The notes: generated by a model not told the origin, from the sequence alone. A stretch of DNA of 64,000 nt from an uncultured Thermococci archaeon (GCA_964549615.1 CAZJVP010000076.1:33802-97801); one strand, 5' to 3'; shown: positions 1 through 9,791, counted from the stretch's first letter. Program-made: numbers and translations.

Positions 1-123
1 GGGAGTCAGCGGAACCTCATGGGTGTCCGAGCCGCAGACCGGACAACTCCTACGCTCCAGGATGGGCAGGTTGCACTTCATGCACCAAGAGACTAGTATC
101 CTGCCATGGTAGATTGCCGGCAT
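1..123 (-). CDS. PAPS reductase family protein (Zn-ribbon N-terminus), 5' part only; runs off the window
   Basis: Not in the ORF track. Manual translation from ATG at 123 gives MPAIYHGRILVSWCMKCNLPILERRSCPVCGSDTHEVPLTP, matching the WCxxCNxP...CxxCG..TP N-terminus of archaeal PAPS-reductase/PUA proteins. Confidence 0.7.
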   Translation of the reverse strand, partial: MPAIYHGRILVSWCMKCNLPILERRSCPVCGSDTHEVPLTP

Positions 124-471
124 TCGAAGACGGTTTTCTGACCGCACCAGATAAATGGATGCGGCATTCTCCTAGGCGTGTCCAGGTGGGTTCGGCCGGC
201 TGCCTTGCCGTTGCACATCCGATCTCCCTGCAAGCGTTGCAAAGGAGGCCGATCAACGGGTGCAGCGCCCCCGAGCTTGCCGGCGCAACTGAGGCTGCTA
301 ACCATAGGCAGCGTAGAAGGCGCTGCGCATGCAGGCCGGGCGCGCCCGGGTCCTTGGCCATGTGTGGCGGTGCGAGGCGGCCTATCGCCTTGCCTATCCG
401 CATGGGAGCGGCTTTGCGATCGCTACACGACCAGGCGAGAGATATTAATTGCAGCTTCCTTCGTCTGGCCC

Positions 472-2415
472 GTGTCGATTGCCCGTGTCTTCGCCATCGC
501 CCTATTTGCTCTGACGCTAAGCGCCGCTGCATTGGTCGCTTGGATGCGTTGGAGGTGCAGAAGGCAGGTGAGAAGGGCGGTTCTCATCATCCTGCCCATC
601 CTGGCGCTGGGAGAGTTTTTTGCTCTGTACCCGATCCCGCTCCTCCCCCACAACCCCGCCGTGGCGGCCGAGGGACGGACCTATGGGCCTCGCCCTGGTT
701 TTCCGGTCGTCCTGGTCATGGGCGAGACGGCGGATGCTAAGACCTTCCGCCAAGCCGACTGGAGCGGCGCATGGGCCAACACGCTTGTACAGGAGATTTC
801 TGGTTGCTCCGTGATCTCCGTTTCCCGCGTGGACGACGATCTTCTCCAGGATACTAGCCTCTTGGTCTTGTCAAGAAGTGCGTCTGGTCAACTTGCTGGG
901 ACTCAAGTGGCGAGCCTGGAGAAGTGGGTCATGCGCGGCGGGTTGGCGATAGTGGAGCAGCAATCGAACACGCTGTCGAACCTGACGGGGGTGAGTGTGG
1001 CAGGGGTTGGAGAGGCGTGGTCGCCTGCGAGGGTGACCAAGGTGGCAGGAAGCGCCCAAGAGTGGGCGGACCTAACGCTGATGCCTCTCGTTACCTCCTG
1101 CATGACGTTGTCCAAGAGAGCCGATGATACGACCGTGGCGATGGAGATGGACGATCAGCCCGTCGTCCTGGTCAGACACATCGGTGAGGGAGCCGTTTGT
1201 ACATACCTCTTCGACGTGGGCCAACAATTGACGGCCCTGCAGCAGGGCGTCCCCTCCAAGGGATTCCGGGTGGTGGACAAGAGGGGCGCCGGCGGCATCG
1301 TCGATGCGCCGGATCTCATCTGCAGCTCCGGCCCGTTGGATTGCAGCATTCCTTTCGCCGATGTCTTGGAGAGATGGATGGTTGGATTGTTGGAGGACAT
1401 CCGGGCGATTCCGCGGATGTGGTACTATCCGTATGATTATGACGGAGCTGTGGCCATCACGCACGACGAGGACTGGTTCGGCGATGCATCGAGTTTTGTA
1501 ACCGAACACGAGAAGGCCAGTAACTACTCATCGACCTTCTTCATGATCGCGAGGGGTCCTCTGACCTCCCAAGGCCTTGACATCATGAGCGGCCTGGGAG
1601 CCGACATACAGATCCACTGGAACAGGGAGATGCTCAGATGGCGGGACAAAGCGGTGCGCAGATGGTTCGTGGTGTTCACTAGGGGCGATGGCAGCTTGAG
1701 GAAGCAGATCCGCGTACTGGAGGAGAAGCTTGGAGGCAAGGGCGAGGTGTCGCTGTGCAGAATTCACAGACTAAGCTGGGGAGGTCGGTACACTCGGCCA
1801 TACAGGATCATGGAAGCTGCGGGTGTGAAGCTCGACTCGACGTTGGGACCAGCTGGAAAGACCGGAAGGGGATACCTTTTCGGAACCGGCCTGCCGTTCC
1901 ATCCCATAGACACCAACGGCAAATTGTTCTCCTTGTTGGAGGTTCCCTTCCAGATCCAAGCGAGGTATTCCGGGGTAGATCGCTCCTACATCGGTGACTT
2001 GCTTCGAAACAGCAGCGTGCGCTACCACGAGATCATCACCGCTCTGTACCACCCATCCGACTTGGTCGAGGGCTCGCCGGTGACGGAGGACTGGTACGTT
2101 TTCCACGAGCTTGCACGGCAAGAGAACCACTGGATGATTACCCTTTCGGATCTGGTTGGATGGTGGACCGCAAGGCAAGCAGTGGAAATAGGCAACGTTA
2201 AGTGGAACGGCACCTCCCTCAGTTACGATTGCGCGGCCACGCTGGATCGGATGGCGATCATTGTGCCCCTCTCACACAACGGTCTTGCGATCTCGTCCAT
2301 CTTCGTGGATTCAGGGCCGGCCCAGGCAACGAGAACGATTTCGCTGCAGGGAAGGCAGTACGTGTTGGTTCGGATCGACCAGGGCAGGCATTTCATCTCC
2401 GTCGTCTACCGATGA
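472..2415 (+). CDS. Membrane-anchored polysaccharide deacetylase-like protein
   Basis: Two N-terminal hydrophobic helices, GATase-like middle region, YYPYDYDGAVAITHDED and later RIH / DSTLG / GTGLPF / LYHP motifs. Start set at GTG 472, ~25 nt after AT-rich GATATTAATT (ORF track opens at 178). Confidence 0.6.
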   Translation: MSIARVFAIALFALTLSAAALVAWMRWRCRRQVRRAVLIILPILALGEFFALYPIPLLPHNPAVAAEGRTYGPRPGFPVVLVMGETADAKTFRQADWSGAWANTLVQEISGCSVISVSRVDDDLLQDTSLLVLSRSASGQLAGTQVASLEKWVMRGGLAIVEQQSNTLSNLTGVSVAGVGEAWSPARVTKVAGSAQEWADLTLMPLVTSCMTLSKRADDTTVAMEMDDQPVVLVRHIGEGAVCTYLFDVGQQLTALQQGVPSKGFRVVDKRGAGGIVDAPDLICSSGPLDCSIPFADVLERWMVGLLEDIRAIPRMWYYPYDYDGAVAITHDEDWFGDASSFVTEHEKASNYSSTFFMIARGPLTSQGLDIMSGLGADIQIHWNREMLRWRDKAVRRWFVVFTRGDGSLRKQIRVLEEKLGGKGEVSLCRIHRLSWGGRYTRPYRIMEAAGVKLDSTLGPAGKTGRGYLFGTGLPFHPIDTNGKLFSLLEVPFQIQARYSGVDRSYIGDLLRNSSVRYHEIITALYHPSDLVEGSPVTEDWYVFHELARQENHWMITLSDLVGWWTARQAVEIGNVKWNGTSLSYDCAATLDRMAIIVPLSHNGLAISSIFVDSGPAQATRTISLQGRQYVLVRIDQGRHFISVVYR

Positions 2416-2643
2416 AGGTTAGCGCGGATCTCGATCTCCGGAACGTTTTCGGAATCCCGCCGACTGTGGCTCACGAGGCCCACGAATGGCCATGGCCGTC
2501 AACTGGCCCGTTCTTCGCGCTTCCGAGGATTGCCTTGCGCAGCTACGGCAAAGGCCATACCAAGAGACCCCCCGTTTGCACTGTGGCGCTCGCTCGGGCA
2601 AGCGGTGGTGGCCTTAGCCATAGCTGTAGCTGTAGCTACAGAT

Positions 2644-2655
2644 AACCTTTAAATC
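2644..2655 (+). promoter_or_regulatory. Putative TATA box of rps26e
   Basis: AACCTTTAAATC about 40 nt upstream of the ATG in a GC-rich background. Confidence 0.5.
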
Positions 2656-2690
2656 CAAACGGGTCCCAGCCGGCCCAATCAGTGACATGA

Positions 2691-2936
2691 ATGACGTCCC
2701 GGAAGTCGCGGCATAAGAAGTGGGGAAAGTACAAGAAGAGCGTGGGGCGCCAGAGAACCGTTTCCTGCGTTTTCTGCGGGCGCTCCGTGCCAAGGGGGAA
2801 GGCCACGCCCGTCGAGAGGGGTATGCGGTTGGGCGACCTAAGGTCTTTGGGCGTGAAGCGCGAGCAGGTAATGCTGCCGAGCTACAAGTACTATGCGTGC
2901 ATAAGCTGCGCCAAGCATCGGAAGCTGATCAAGTAG
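2691..2936 (+). CDS. rps26e: 30S ribosomal protein S26e
   Basis: Basic 81-aa protein with CxxCGRxVPRxKA and YACISCAKHR Zn motifs. Confidence 0.9.
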   Translation: MTSRKSRHKKWGKYKKSVGRQRTVSCVFCGRSVPRGKATPVERGMRLGDLRSLGVKREQVMLPSYKYYACISCAKHRKLIK

Positions 2937-3921
2937 CCTCTGCGGGGACTGGCTGCGCAGGTGCGGTGACTCCTGCGCACTTGGTGCACATGTTCTTCTC
3001 CTTTATGAAATGCTCCGGGCAGACGTAGAACCCGCAGGAGTTGCAGAACGTGCGGTGCCTGTCGCAGATGGGCTCCCTGCAAACCCTGCATCGGATCGTG
3101 ATGGCCACCGAGTCGCAGAACTTGCACCTCAGGGCTCCCTTCTTCCTCTGCTCCAAGACCCTGGCTCTCTCTTGTGGGTTCACGAGATTCAGCGATGTCG
3201 AGTGCACGACCTTTACTAGCCCGCTCGGGGCTGTGGCCGTGACCTTGAACTTGACTCCCAGCGCTTCAACCTCTTCGCCGACGCGCACGGACTGACCGAC
3301 GATGTCCTCCTTCGCGAACTTCCGGAGGAGCTCGCAGGCCTTGTAGCTCAGGAAGGTTTGGGGCTCAAGGACCACGACCTTCGCATCTTCCAGGTCGGAC
3401 GTAGTCTTTTTGGACGCGCTCGTCATCCTGACCCTGATCCTCTTCGCCTTCCCCTTGGCAGCGCATTCGATGCACGTGTAACTGGCCTCGTCGTAGCAGT
3501 TCTCGCAGATGAACTTGCCGCAGACCAAGCAGTGAGCATTCCCAAGTCCAACGCCGCATATGGGGCATGTCAGGCACTCCTCACAGTAGCCTGCAAGCGG
3601 GGCGTTGGGATGGGCGCACTTGTACCCAAATCTCCTTCCGCATTCGGGGCAGGTTTCCCGGCCGAACTCGACGCCGCATATCTCGCACTTTCCGCTGGCC
3701 AATCTCAGGCCGAGGCCTTTGCCCATGAAGTGGAGCAGCGCGAACAGTCCGCCCGAGACGGCACTCATGATGACGACCGCGAAGACCGTGTCGTTGAAGA
3801 CGCCCAGGAGCACGTAGAGCCTCCAGGCGATGCTGAGGCTCAGCACGAAGCCCACCAGGGCCAGGATGTTGCCCATGTAGCGGAAGACATCTGCGTAACC
3901 TGTTCTTCTCATGGTTGCCAA
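2929..3921 (-). CDS. 2-TM membrane protein with multiple B-box/AN1-like Zn fingers and a CDC48-Nc (beta-clam)-like domain
   Basis: Two N-terminal TM helices and many CxxC pairs flanking AKVVVLEP...IVGQSVRVGEEV...FKVTATAPSGLVKVVHSTSLNL. Confidence 0.7.
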   Translation of the reverse strand: MATMRRTGYADVFRYMGNILALVGFVLSLSIAWRLYVLLGVFNDTVFAVVIMSAVSGGLFALLHFMGKGLGLRLASGKCEICGVEFGRETCPECGRRFGYKCAHPNAPLAGYCEECLTCPICGVGLGNAHCLVCGKFICENCYDEASYTCIECAAKGKAKRIRVRMTSASKKTTSDLEDAKVVVLEPQTFLSYKACELLRKFAKEDIVGQSVRVGEEVEALGVKFKVTATAPSGLVKVVHSTSLNLVNPQERARVLEQRKKGALRCKFCDSVAITIRCRVCREPICDRHRTFCNSCGFYVCPEHFIKEKNMCTKCAGVTAPAQPVPAEAT

Positions 3922-3932
3922 GCGGGAACCTC

Positions 3933-4889
3933 CTAAGCTTCTATGGATACCTCCGTTGGCCTCATGACGCGAACTCTTCCGGGAGGATCGGTCTCCAGAA
4001 CCTTGAAAGGCATCTCGACGGCCTCTATGGCGTCCCCCGCTGCGAGTCTCTGGCCGATGAGCTCGTTCCTGACAAACCTGTTAAGGATCTTGATCATGGA
4101 TGCGCTTAGGTAGTGATCGCTCTTAAGGCGAACGGTCTTGGCGGGCTTGATGTCTGGCATCTGTATCTCCTCGTTCACGACCCCGCCGTCCCTCAGGTAT
4201 ATGATCAGGTCGGCCTCGGCCGTTATCTTCGGGTCGTGCGTGCTGACCAGAAGGGTCGAGTGCTGCTCCTCCTGGAGCTCCTTCATGAGAGCCACGATCT
4301 CGAGGCCGGTCTTGGCGTCCAGGTTCGCGGTGGGTTCGTCGGCCAGTATGAGCGGCGGATTGAAGACCAGCGCCCGCGCGATGCCAACCCTCTGCTGCTC
4401 GCCGCCCGAAAGCTCTATTGGCCTGTGGTGCATTCGGTCTTTGAGTCCCACCCGCGTCAGGACCTCAACCGCCCGCTTCCGCCTGTCTTCCTTGTCCACC
4501 CCCGCCATCTCCAGGGGCAGTTCAGTGTTCTCAAGCGCGGTGAGAAGCGGGACGAGATTCCAGGTTTGGTGGATGAACCCTATCGTCTCCTGCCTGAGGA
4601 TGTTGAGGAAGTCCCTGTCCCCCTTGGTGATGTTCAGCCCGCCGATGTAGACCTCCCCGCTCGTCGGCGAGTCGAGCCCGCTTATCATGTTCAGGAAGGT
4701 GGTTTTCCCTGATCCCGACGGCCCGATCATGACGGCGAAGGCCCCTCTCTCTATGCGGATGTTGACTCCCCTTAGGGCATGTACCTTAACCTCTCCTCCC
4801 GCGAGCTTGAAGGTCTTGGTGAGGTCCCGCGTGTCGACCATGAAGGGCCCGCGTATCTCTATGAGGTGCTTGCCGAGGTCAGTACTCAA
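3933..4889 (-). CDS. LolD/MacB-family ABC ATPase with C-terminal CDC48-Nc-like extension
   Basis: GPSGSGKT, LSGGEQQRVGIARAL, LADEPTANLD, STHD, followed by ~70 extra aa (AKTVRLK...LIGQRL..GD...FKVLETDPPGRVRVMRPTEVSI). Confidence 0.9.
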   Translation of the reverse strand: MSTDLGKHLIEIRGPFMVDTRDLTKTFKLAGGEVKVHALRGVNIRIERGAFAVMIGPSGSGKTTFLNMISGLDSPTSGEVYIGGLNITKGDRDFLNILRQETIGFIHQTWNLVPLLTALENTELPLEMAGVDKEDRRKRAVEVLTRVGLKDRMHHRPIELSGGEQQRVGIARALVFNPPLILADEPTANLDAKTGLEIVALMKELQEEQHSTLLVSTHDPKITAEADLIIYLRDGGVVNEEIQMPDIKPAKTVRLKSDHYLSASMIKILNRFVRNELIGQRLAAGDAIEAVEMPFKVLETDPPGRVRVMRPTEVSIEA

Positions 4890-6831
4890 GTCTAAACGCC
4901 TCCGCAGGAGCCATTCCCGACGCCCTTCGGGAGGGATACCAGGATGAGAGGTAGCTTATGCCGACGGCCAGGAATAGCCCGAGCCCCATCATGGACAGGA
5001 TCATGAGCCAGTTCAGACCCCGGAAGTTCCAGGTGAACAGGAACGGCAGCATCGCTGCGAAGAGTCCTATCAGAGCGCCTATCACCCCGCCTATGAAACC
5101 TATGATGCTCGCCTCGACCCTGAACATCCTCCGTATGTGCTTTGGCTCCCCGCCGATGGCGATCATCGCTCCGATCTCCCCCGTTCTCTCGAGTACAGCC
5201 GTTATCATCGTGTTGAAGGTTCCGAGGGCACCGATCGCGATCGCGACGAGCGCCAGCGCGGTCTGGTAGGCCTCGACCACCACCTCACCTCCTGCTATCT
5301 GGCTCTTGATGGCCTGAGAGGTTATCATGAGTTGGACGAACAGGCCTATGCCTATGGCAATGCCTATGGTCGCAAGCAACGACCGGGTGAACCTTCGCAG
5401 CAGGTTCCTCACGGCCAGGGAGGTGTATATCCTCTTGCGAAGGAACTTCATCTTCACCAGCTTCTTGTAGATGGGGTTCATGTATTTCGTGACTATGCTT
5501 TCGGACGCTGCCTCCAGCCCGTACCTCATGGCTGTCAGCGGGTCGTAGAGGGCGGCTCTGAAAGCAGGGACTATGGAGGCTATGAGGGCCAACCCGACGG
5601 CCAGCATCAGGGGAGCTGCTACCAGGGAAACGGTGAATCGAAGGGAGATGAGGGTCGGGTACAGGCGGCTGGCCATGAACGCGATGGAAACGCCCAGCGC
5701 CCCGCCGATCAAACCGAGGATGATAGCCTGGATCATGAAGATGCTCATTATCCTGAATATGGTTGCGCCGAAACTCCCCATGATGCCTATGTCGCGGACT
5801 CTCTCGTAGACTCGCGTGAACATCATGTTCATGATCACGACCGCGACCGCGATGAAGGAGATCACGATCGTGGTGGTGTGCGCGAGGCGGGTGCTCCCCA
5901 TGGTCCCTGCCCCTGTCGGCGTGATGAAGTACGGAGCAACCTCGGCCATCTTGCGTAGCGGCACGATCACGTTGTTAATGATGTCGATGCCGCTCACGCC
6001 CTCTTGGTAGCGCACGTATATGCGCGAGACGGTGTCCGGTTCCATCGCGAACAACCGCTCTGCGTCCTTGCGGTGTATGAGGATGGTGTTCCCTGACCAG
6101 GCTTCCTCTGGCCTACCCAGCCGGTCCAGCGCTGGGTCGTCCAGCGTCTTGAACAGGCCAACCACCCTCAACGTGATGGTGCCATGGGTCGCTCCGCCGG
6201 TGGTCCCGCGCTTGGCAATCATCCCGGGGCGCAAGGTTATGTTGTCCCCAACGCCTATGACCCCTATCCCGTACTTCTGGAACTGTTCATGGTAGTACTC
6301 GGCCATGTCCACGCCTATCAAACACTCGCCCGGCTGGCTTATGTACGAGCCGTCGGTCACGAAGTCTCTGAGCCCCCTGCCGTCATCCGTAACGACCTTC
6401 CTCCACCACGCGTCCTCGGATTCGGGATCGATGCCGAATATGCTCAGCGGCCTCCCACGCATTCTCCTCTCAAGTGCCGTGAGTTTTTGGGCCACGGATG
6501 TCCCATTCACATCAATGTAACCTCGAGGGTCCTCCGCGATGAACTCGGTTCGCGGGTTCACTATATCAACGCCCTTGAGATTTCTGATCTCATCAGCGCT
6601 GGAAATGGGGGTGTTAGGTTGCCGGAAGGAGTACAGGACCTTGGTGACGCTCTGCCGCTCGGCGGCGTACATCTGCAGATTCATGGCCGTCCCCACGGCG
6701 ATCTCGAAGTTCTCTGCGAGCGGAAGGATGCATAGGAATGCCGATATCGCAAGCGTGATGCTGGCGACGGTCACCGAGGTTATCAGGAGTCGACGTCTCA
6801 GGTCCCGGATCGCGATGGAGAAGGAGCCCAT
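4879..6831 (-). CDS. MacB/FtsX-family ABC permease (two FtsX domains)
   Basis: Start reset to ATG 6831 after GAGGTG SD. Extracytoplasmic MacB-like loop and two FtsX motifs (ERVRDIGIMGSFGA; ERTGEIGAMIAIGG). Confidence 0.9.
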   Translation of the reverse strand: MGSFSIAIRDLRRRLLITSVTVASITLAISAFLCILPLAENFEIAVGTAMNLQMYAAERQSVTKVLYSFRQPNTPISSADEIRNLKGVDIVNPRTEFIAEDPRGYIDVNGTSVAQKLTALERRMRGRPLSIFGIDPESEDAWWRKVVTDDGRGLRDFVTDGSYISQPGECLIGVDMAEYYHEQFQKYGIGVIGVGDNITLRPGMIAKRGTTGGATHGTITLRVVGLFKTLDDPALDRLGRPEEAWSGNTILIHRKDAERLFAMEPDTVSRIYVRYQEGVSGIDIINNVIVPLRKMAEVAPYFITPTGAGTMGSTRLAHTTTIVISFIAVAVVIMNMMFTRVYERVRDIGIMGSFGATIFRIMSIFMIQAIILGLIGGALGVSIAFMASRLYPTLISLRFTVSLVAAPLMLAVGLALIASIVPAFRAALYDPLTAMRYGLEAASESIVTKYMNPIYKKLVKMKFLRKRIYTSLAVRNLLRRFTRSLLATIGIAIGIGLFVQLMITSQAIKSQIAGGEVVVEAYQTALALVAIAIGALGTFNTMITAVLERTGEIGAMIAIGGEPKHIRRMFRVEASIIGFIGGVIGALIGLFAAMLPFLFTWNFRGLNWLMILSMMGLGLFLAVGISYLSSWYPSRRASGMAPAEAFRLEY

Positions 6832-7102
6832 GCATGCACCTCGGCGTTGCCGAAAAGGAGACGATCCAAACCCGCTCGAAAAACTCATATAAATGTTTTC
6901 GGCGCGTTGGAAGAGGCAGAATACGCCGTCTTGTGGCCCGATCGTTGACGTGGTGTCTTGGATCCGATATCTGCGTGCAAAGCTTCCTCCAAAGGCGCCG
7001 AAACCGATCCTGGTGAAGGGACTAGGGGTCGTTTTCCGAGGCACCGTCCGCAGGCGAACCCGCGCCTCTACATTTTTCTTGGGTTCCGCCCAAAGGAGGT
7101 CG

Positions 7103-7837
7103 ATGGCCTCCTTTGTCGTGACGGACATCGCATTCATGCCAAATGGGGTCGAGGGCCTACGTCTCTGGTCCAGAAAGCAGACCGCAATTTTGCCTCTAGA
7201 AAGAGGAAGGACGATCTCGTTCAGGGTTTCAGGCCAGCCCACGGCCAGCCGGCCGAAGGACCGATGCGCCCTCTGCGATGGGTCTCTGTGCCTGAAGGCA
7301 AGGATGGATTGCACGGTCCCCCATGTTTTGTACCTTGCCCTTTTCGGCCGGGCAGCCAAGATCGGCGTCACCAGGGAATCGAGATACGAAAAGAGAATTA
7401 GGGAGCAGGGAGCACCGTTTGCATGTGTCGTGGCCAGGTTCGAAGATGGCCTGGAGGCCCGCAGGGCGGAGAGGGCCTACTCGGCTTGGGAGGGCGTTAG
7501 GCTCTCTGTCAGGTTCGAGGACAAAGTTGGCGCGATCGGAAAGGTACCGGACGTGTTGGAGGCAAACCGGATAGTGAGGACTATCCCCCTTCCCGCCGTC
7601 CCGCAGCTGGAGGACATGAGGCACCTCTATCAGAACCCGGATCTTGACTCGATGGAGACTCCACTGATTCTTGACGGGGACGTGGTCAAGGGCAGGGTTG
7701 AGGACACGCGCGGTGAGGCGCTGTACTTCAGGCACCGGGACAACCTCTACGCGTACGATCTGAGGAGGACCCTGGGAAGGAGCCTTGGCCTCGGCGAACA
7801 CAAGGTGGAGGCGCAGATGACGCTGAGCAACTTCTGA
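7103..7837 (+). CDS. DUF2797-family protein
   Basis: ATG 7103 after AGGAGGT; HVLYLA..KIGVTR..R..EQGA motif. Confidence 0.75.
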   Translation: MASFVVTDIAFMPNGVEGLRLWSRKQTAILPLERGRTISFRVSGQPTASRPKDRCALCDGSLCLKARMDCTVPHVLYLALFGRAAKIGVTRESRYEKRIREQGAPFACVVARFEDGLEARRAERAYSAWEGVRLSVRFEDKVGAIGKVPDVLEANRIVRTIPLPAVPQLEDMRHLYQNPDLDSMETPLILDGDVVKGRVEDTRGEALYFRHRDNLYAYDLRRTLGRSLGLGEHKVEAQMTLSNF

Positions 7838-7842
7838 AGGGG

Positions 7843-8607
7843 TTGCCCATGGTTCCTCGCTTCAATATGCATGTGCATACTTGGCGATCATCATGCGCCA
7901 AGCCCGAGATGCTTCTGGAGTCGATCAACAGGAAGGCTCGGTCAGCCGGGCTGCGGTACGTAGGTCTGTCTGATCACATCGACGTTGCTGCGCATAACGA
8001 CCGTCCCACGCGGAATCGCGAGGATCTGTCGATGGGCTCGTGGGATGTCAATTTCCTGGTGGGTTGCGAGGCAACGGCTCTGTCTCCTAGCCGCGTGGCC
8101 GTTTTCGATGACGTGGCCCGTCGGCTGGACTACGTGATGGTCGCGGCAAACCACTACCACCTGGGGGTCGTGGAGAATCCTGCTCGCCGAGAAGCTTCTT
8201 CGTATGCCTCTCACTACCTGAGGATGCTCGAAGGGGTCCTAGGCTGGGGCTTGGCCGACATAGTTGCGCACCCATTTCTTCATTCAAAGATCGCCAGGGT
8301 ACTGAACCCCCTGGATGTCCTTGAGTGCTATGATTGGGATGAACTGGAAAGGATCTTGGTTGAGTCGGCGCAAAGGGGCCTTAGCTTTGAGTTGAGGCCC
8401 GGTTCGTTGAGCGCTGCGCCCGAGTTCTTCCGTGAGCTTGTTCGATTGTGCAGGGAAAGCGGGGTGAAGTTCAGCCTGGGCAGCGACGCCCACAGGCTTT
8501 GCGAAATCGGGTATCCACCCCATTTCGGCGACGAACTGGAATCGATCGGAGTGAGAAACAGCGATCTCATCGAGCCAGAACAGTTCCTGGTTTCTTCGCC
8601 CAGGTGA
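7843..8607 (+). CDS. PHP-domain phosphoesterase
   Basis: HVHT, SDH, AHP and GSDAH metal-binding motifs. Confidence 0.9.
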   Translation: MPMVPRFNMHVHTWRSSCAKPEMLLESINRKARSAGLRYVGLSDHIDVAAHNDRPTRNREDLSMGSWDVNFLVGCEATALSPSRVAVFDDVARRLDYVMVAANHYHLGVVENPARREASSYASHYLRMLEGVLGWGLADIVAHPFLHSKIARVLNPLDVLECYDWDELERILVESAQRGLSFELRPGSLSAAPEFFRELVRLCRESGVKFSLGSDAHRLCEIGYPPHFGDELESIGVRNSDLIEPEQFLVSSPR

Positions 8608-8719
8608 AAGAGCCCATCGCCCCCTGGGGCGTGACGCGGGAGAGCGACGAAATTGGCCTTCCCGCCCGCAGCCGGCTGCGCCATGGGCCATGGCCATGGC
8701 ATGAACCCTGAGCCTGAGC

Positions 8720-8734
8720 TCCGAGCCGCGAGCC
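8720..8734. repeat. Target-site duplication, left copy (TCCGAGCCGCGAGCC)
   Basis: Identical to 9777-9791; abuts the left TIR. Confidence 0.92.
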
Positions 8735-9776
8735 TGCGTTATCCGAAATTTATTTCCGCCCCCTGTTTGGGCCGGGTCGGTGGTCAAGCTAACCGACTCA
8801 AGGATTCGATGGATCATACGCCAGAAAGAGAAGGGAGAGATGACCGAGAAGAAGATCGCAGCTGTCTACGGCATCACCACAAGAAGACTACGACAACTAT
8901 GGACCCAGTACAGATCCACCGGACAGATGCCCACCCTATCCCAGCCAGGCAGGCCCACAACACCACGGGATCCCGGGGAAGAAGACCTGGTCCTGGAGGC
9001 GTACAAGAAGCACCACGTCTGCGCGGTTGTACTGGAACACCTCATCCAGAAGGATCACTCCACAAGGATTCCGCACAACCGGATCCACACAATCCTGATC
9101 AAACATGGCTACGCCAAGAAGACCCCCCGCAAACAGAGAAAGCGCAGATGGGTCAGATACGAGAGAAAGCACTCCATGTCGCTCTGGCATCTTGACTGGT
9201 TTGCCCTTGGCAAGATCGCTCCATCCCTAGGGAGGTGGCTTCTGGTCGTGCAGGACGATGCGTCCAGGAGGGTTATGGGGTTTGGCGTCTTTGACCAGCC
9301 CACCGCTGCGGGCAGCGTCAAGGTGCTTGAGGATGCTATAGGGATGCATGGTGACCCGGATTCCGTGATCACGGATAAGGGTACACAGTTCTACGCTGTT
9401 GAGAGTGATGGTAGAAAGAAGGGTTTCAACGAGTTCGAGCTCTTCCTCCAGGTGCACGGCATCAGCCATATCCTGGCTAGGACCAGTCATCCCCAGACCA
9501 ATGGCAAGATCGAGCGCTTCTTCCAGACCTTGGCAAGCCAGATGGATCACTACTCGTCTCTTGACGGTCTTGTTGAGTGGTATAATACTCGGAGGCCCCA
9601 TATGAGTCTGGGCATGGTCACACCTGAGGAGGCTTTCTGGCGCAGGCTGGGAGCTGAGAGGGTTCTCGGGAGGGCCAGCCATCTACTTTACCGGGAACTG
9701 GAACCTGCCGCGAAGTGACCTAGATGACCCACAAAAAGCACGCCCAGAAAAGAGGAAATAATTATGGGATAACACA
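8735..9776 (+). mobile_element. IS481-family insertion sequence, 1,042 bp
   Basis: Imperfect 23-bp TIRs: TGCGTTATCCGAAATTTATTTCC (8735-8757) and reverse complement of 9754-9776, TGTGTTATCCCATAATTATTTCC. Flanked by a perfect 15-bp direct repeat. Confidence 0.93.
8780..9718 (+). CDS. IS481-family DDE transposase
   Basis: N-terminal HTH; WHLDW, ITDKGTQF and NGKIERFFQT (DDE triad). Confidence 0.93.
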   Translation: MVKLTDSRIRWIIRQKEKGEMTEKKIAAVYGITTRRLRQLWTQYRSTGQMPTLSQPGRPTTPRDPGEEDLVLEAYKKHHVCAVVLEHLIQKDHSTRIPHNRIHTILIKHGYAKKTPRKQRKRRWVRYERKHSMSLWHLDWFALGKIAPSLGRWLLVVQDDASRRVMGFGVFDQPTAAGSVKVLEDAIGMHGDPDSVITDKGTQFYAVESDGRKKGFNEFELFLQVHGISHILARTSHPQTNGKIERFFQTLASQMDHYSSLDGLVEWYNTRRPHMSLGMVTPEEAFWRRLGAERVLGRASHLLYRELEPAAK

Positions 9777-9791
9777 TCCGAGCCGCGAGCC
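9777..9791. repeat. Target-site duplication, right copy
   Basis: Identical to 8720-8734; abuts the right TIR. Confidence 0.92.

Noticed and set aside
6832-7371. Long N-terminal extensions of the permease (to 7371) and DUF2797 (from 6893) ORFs, giving an apparent antisense overlap
   Set aside because: Good SD-linked starts at 6831 and 7103 leave a normal divergent intergenic region.
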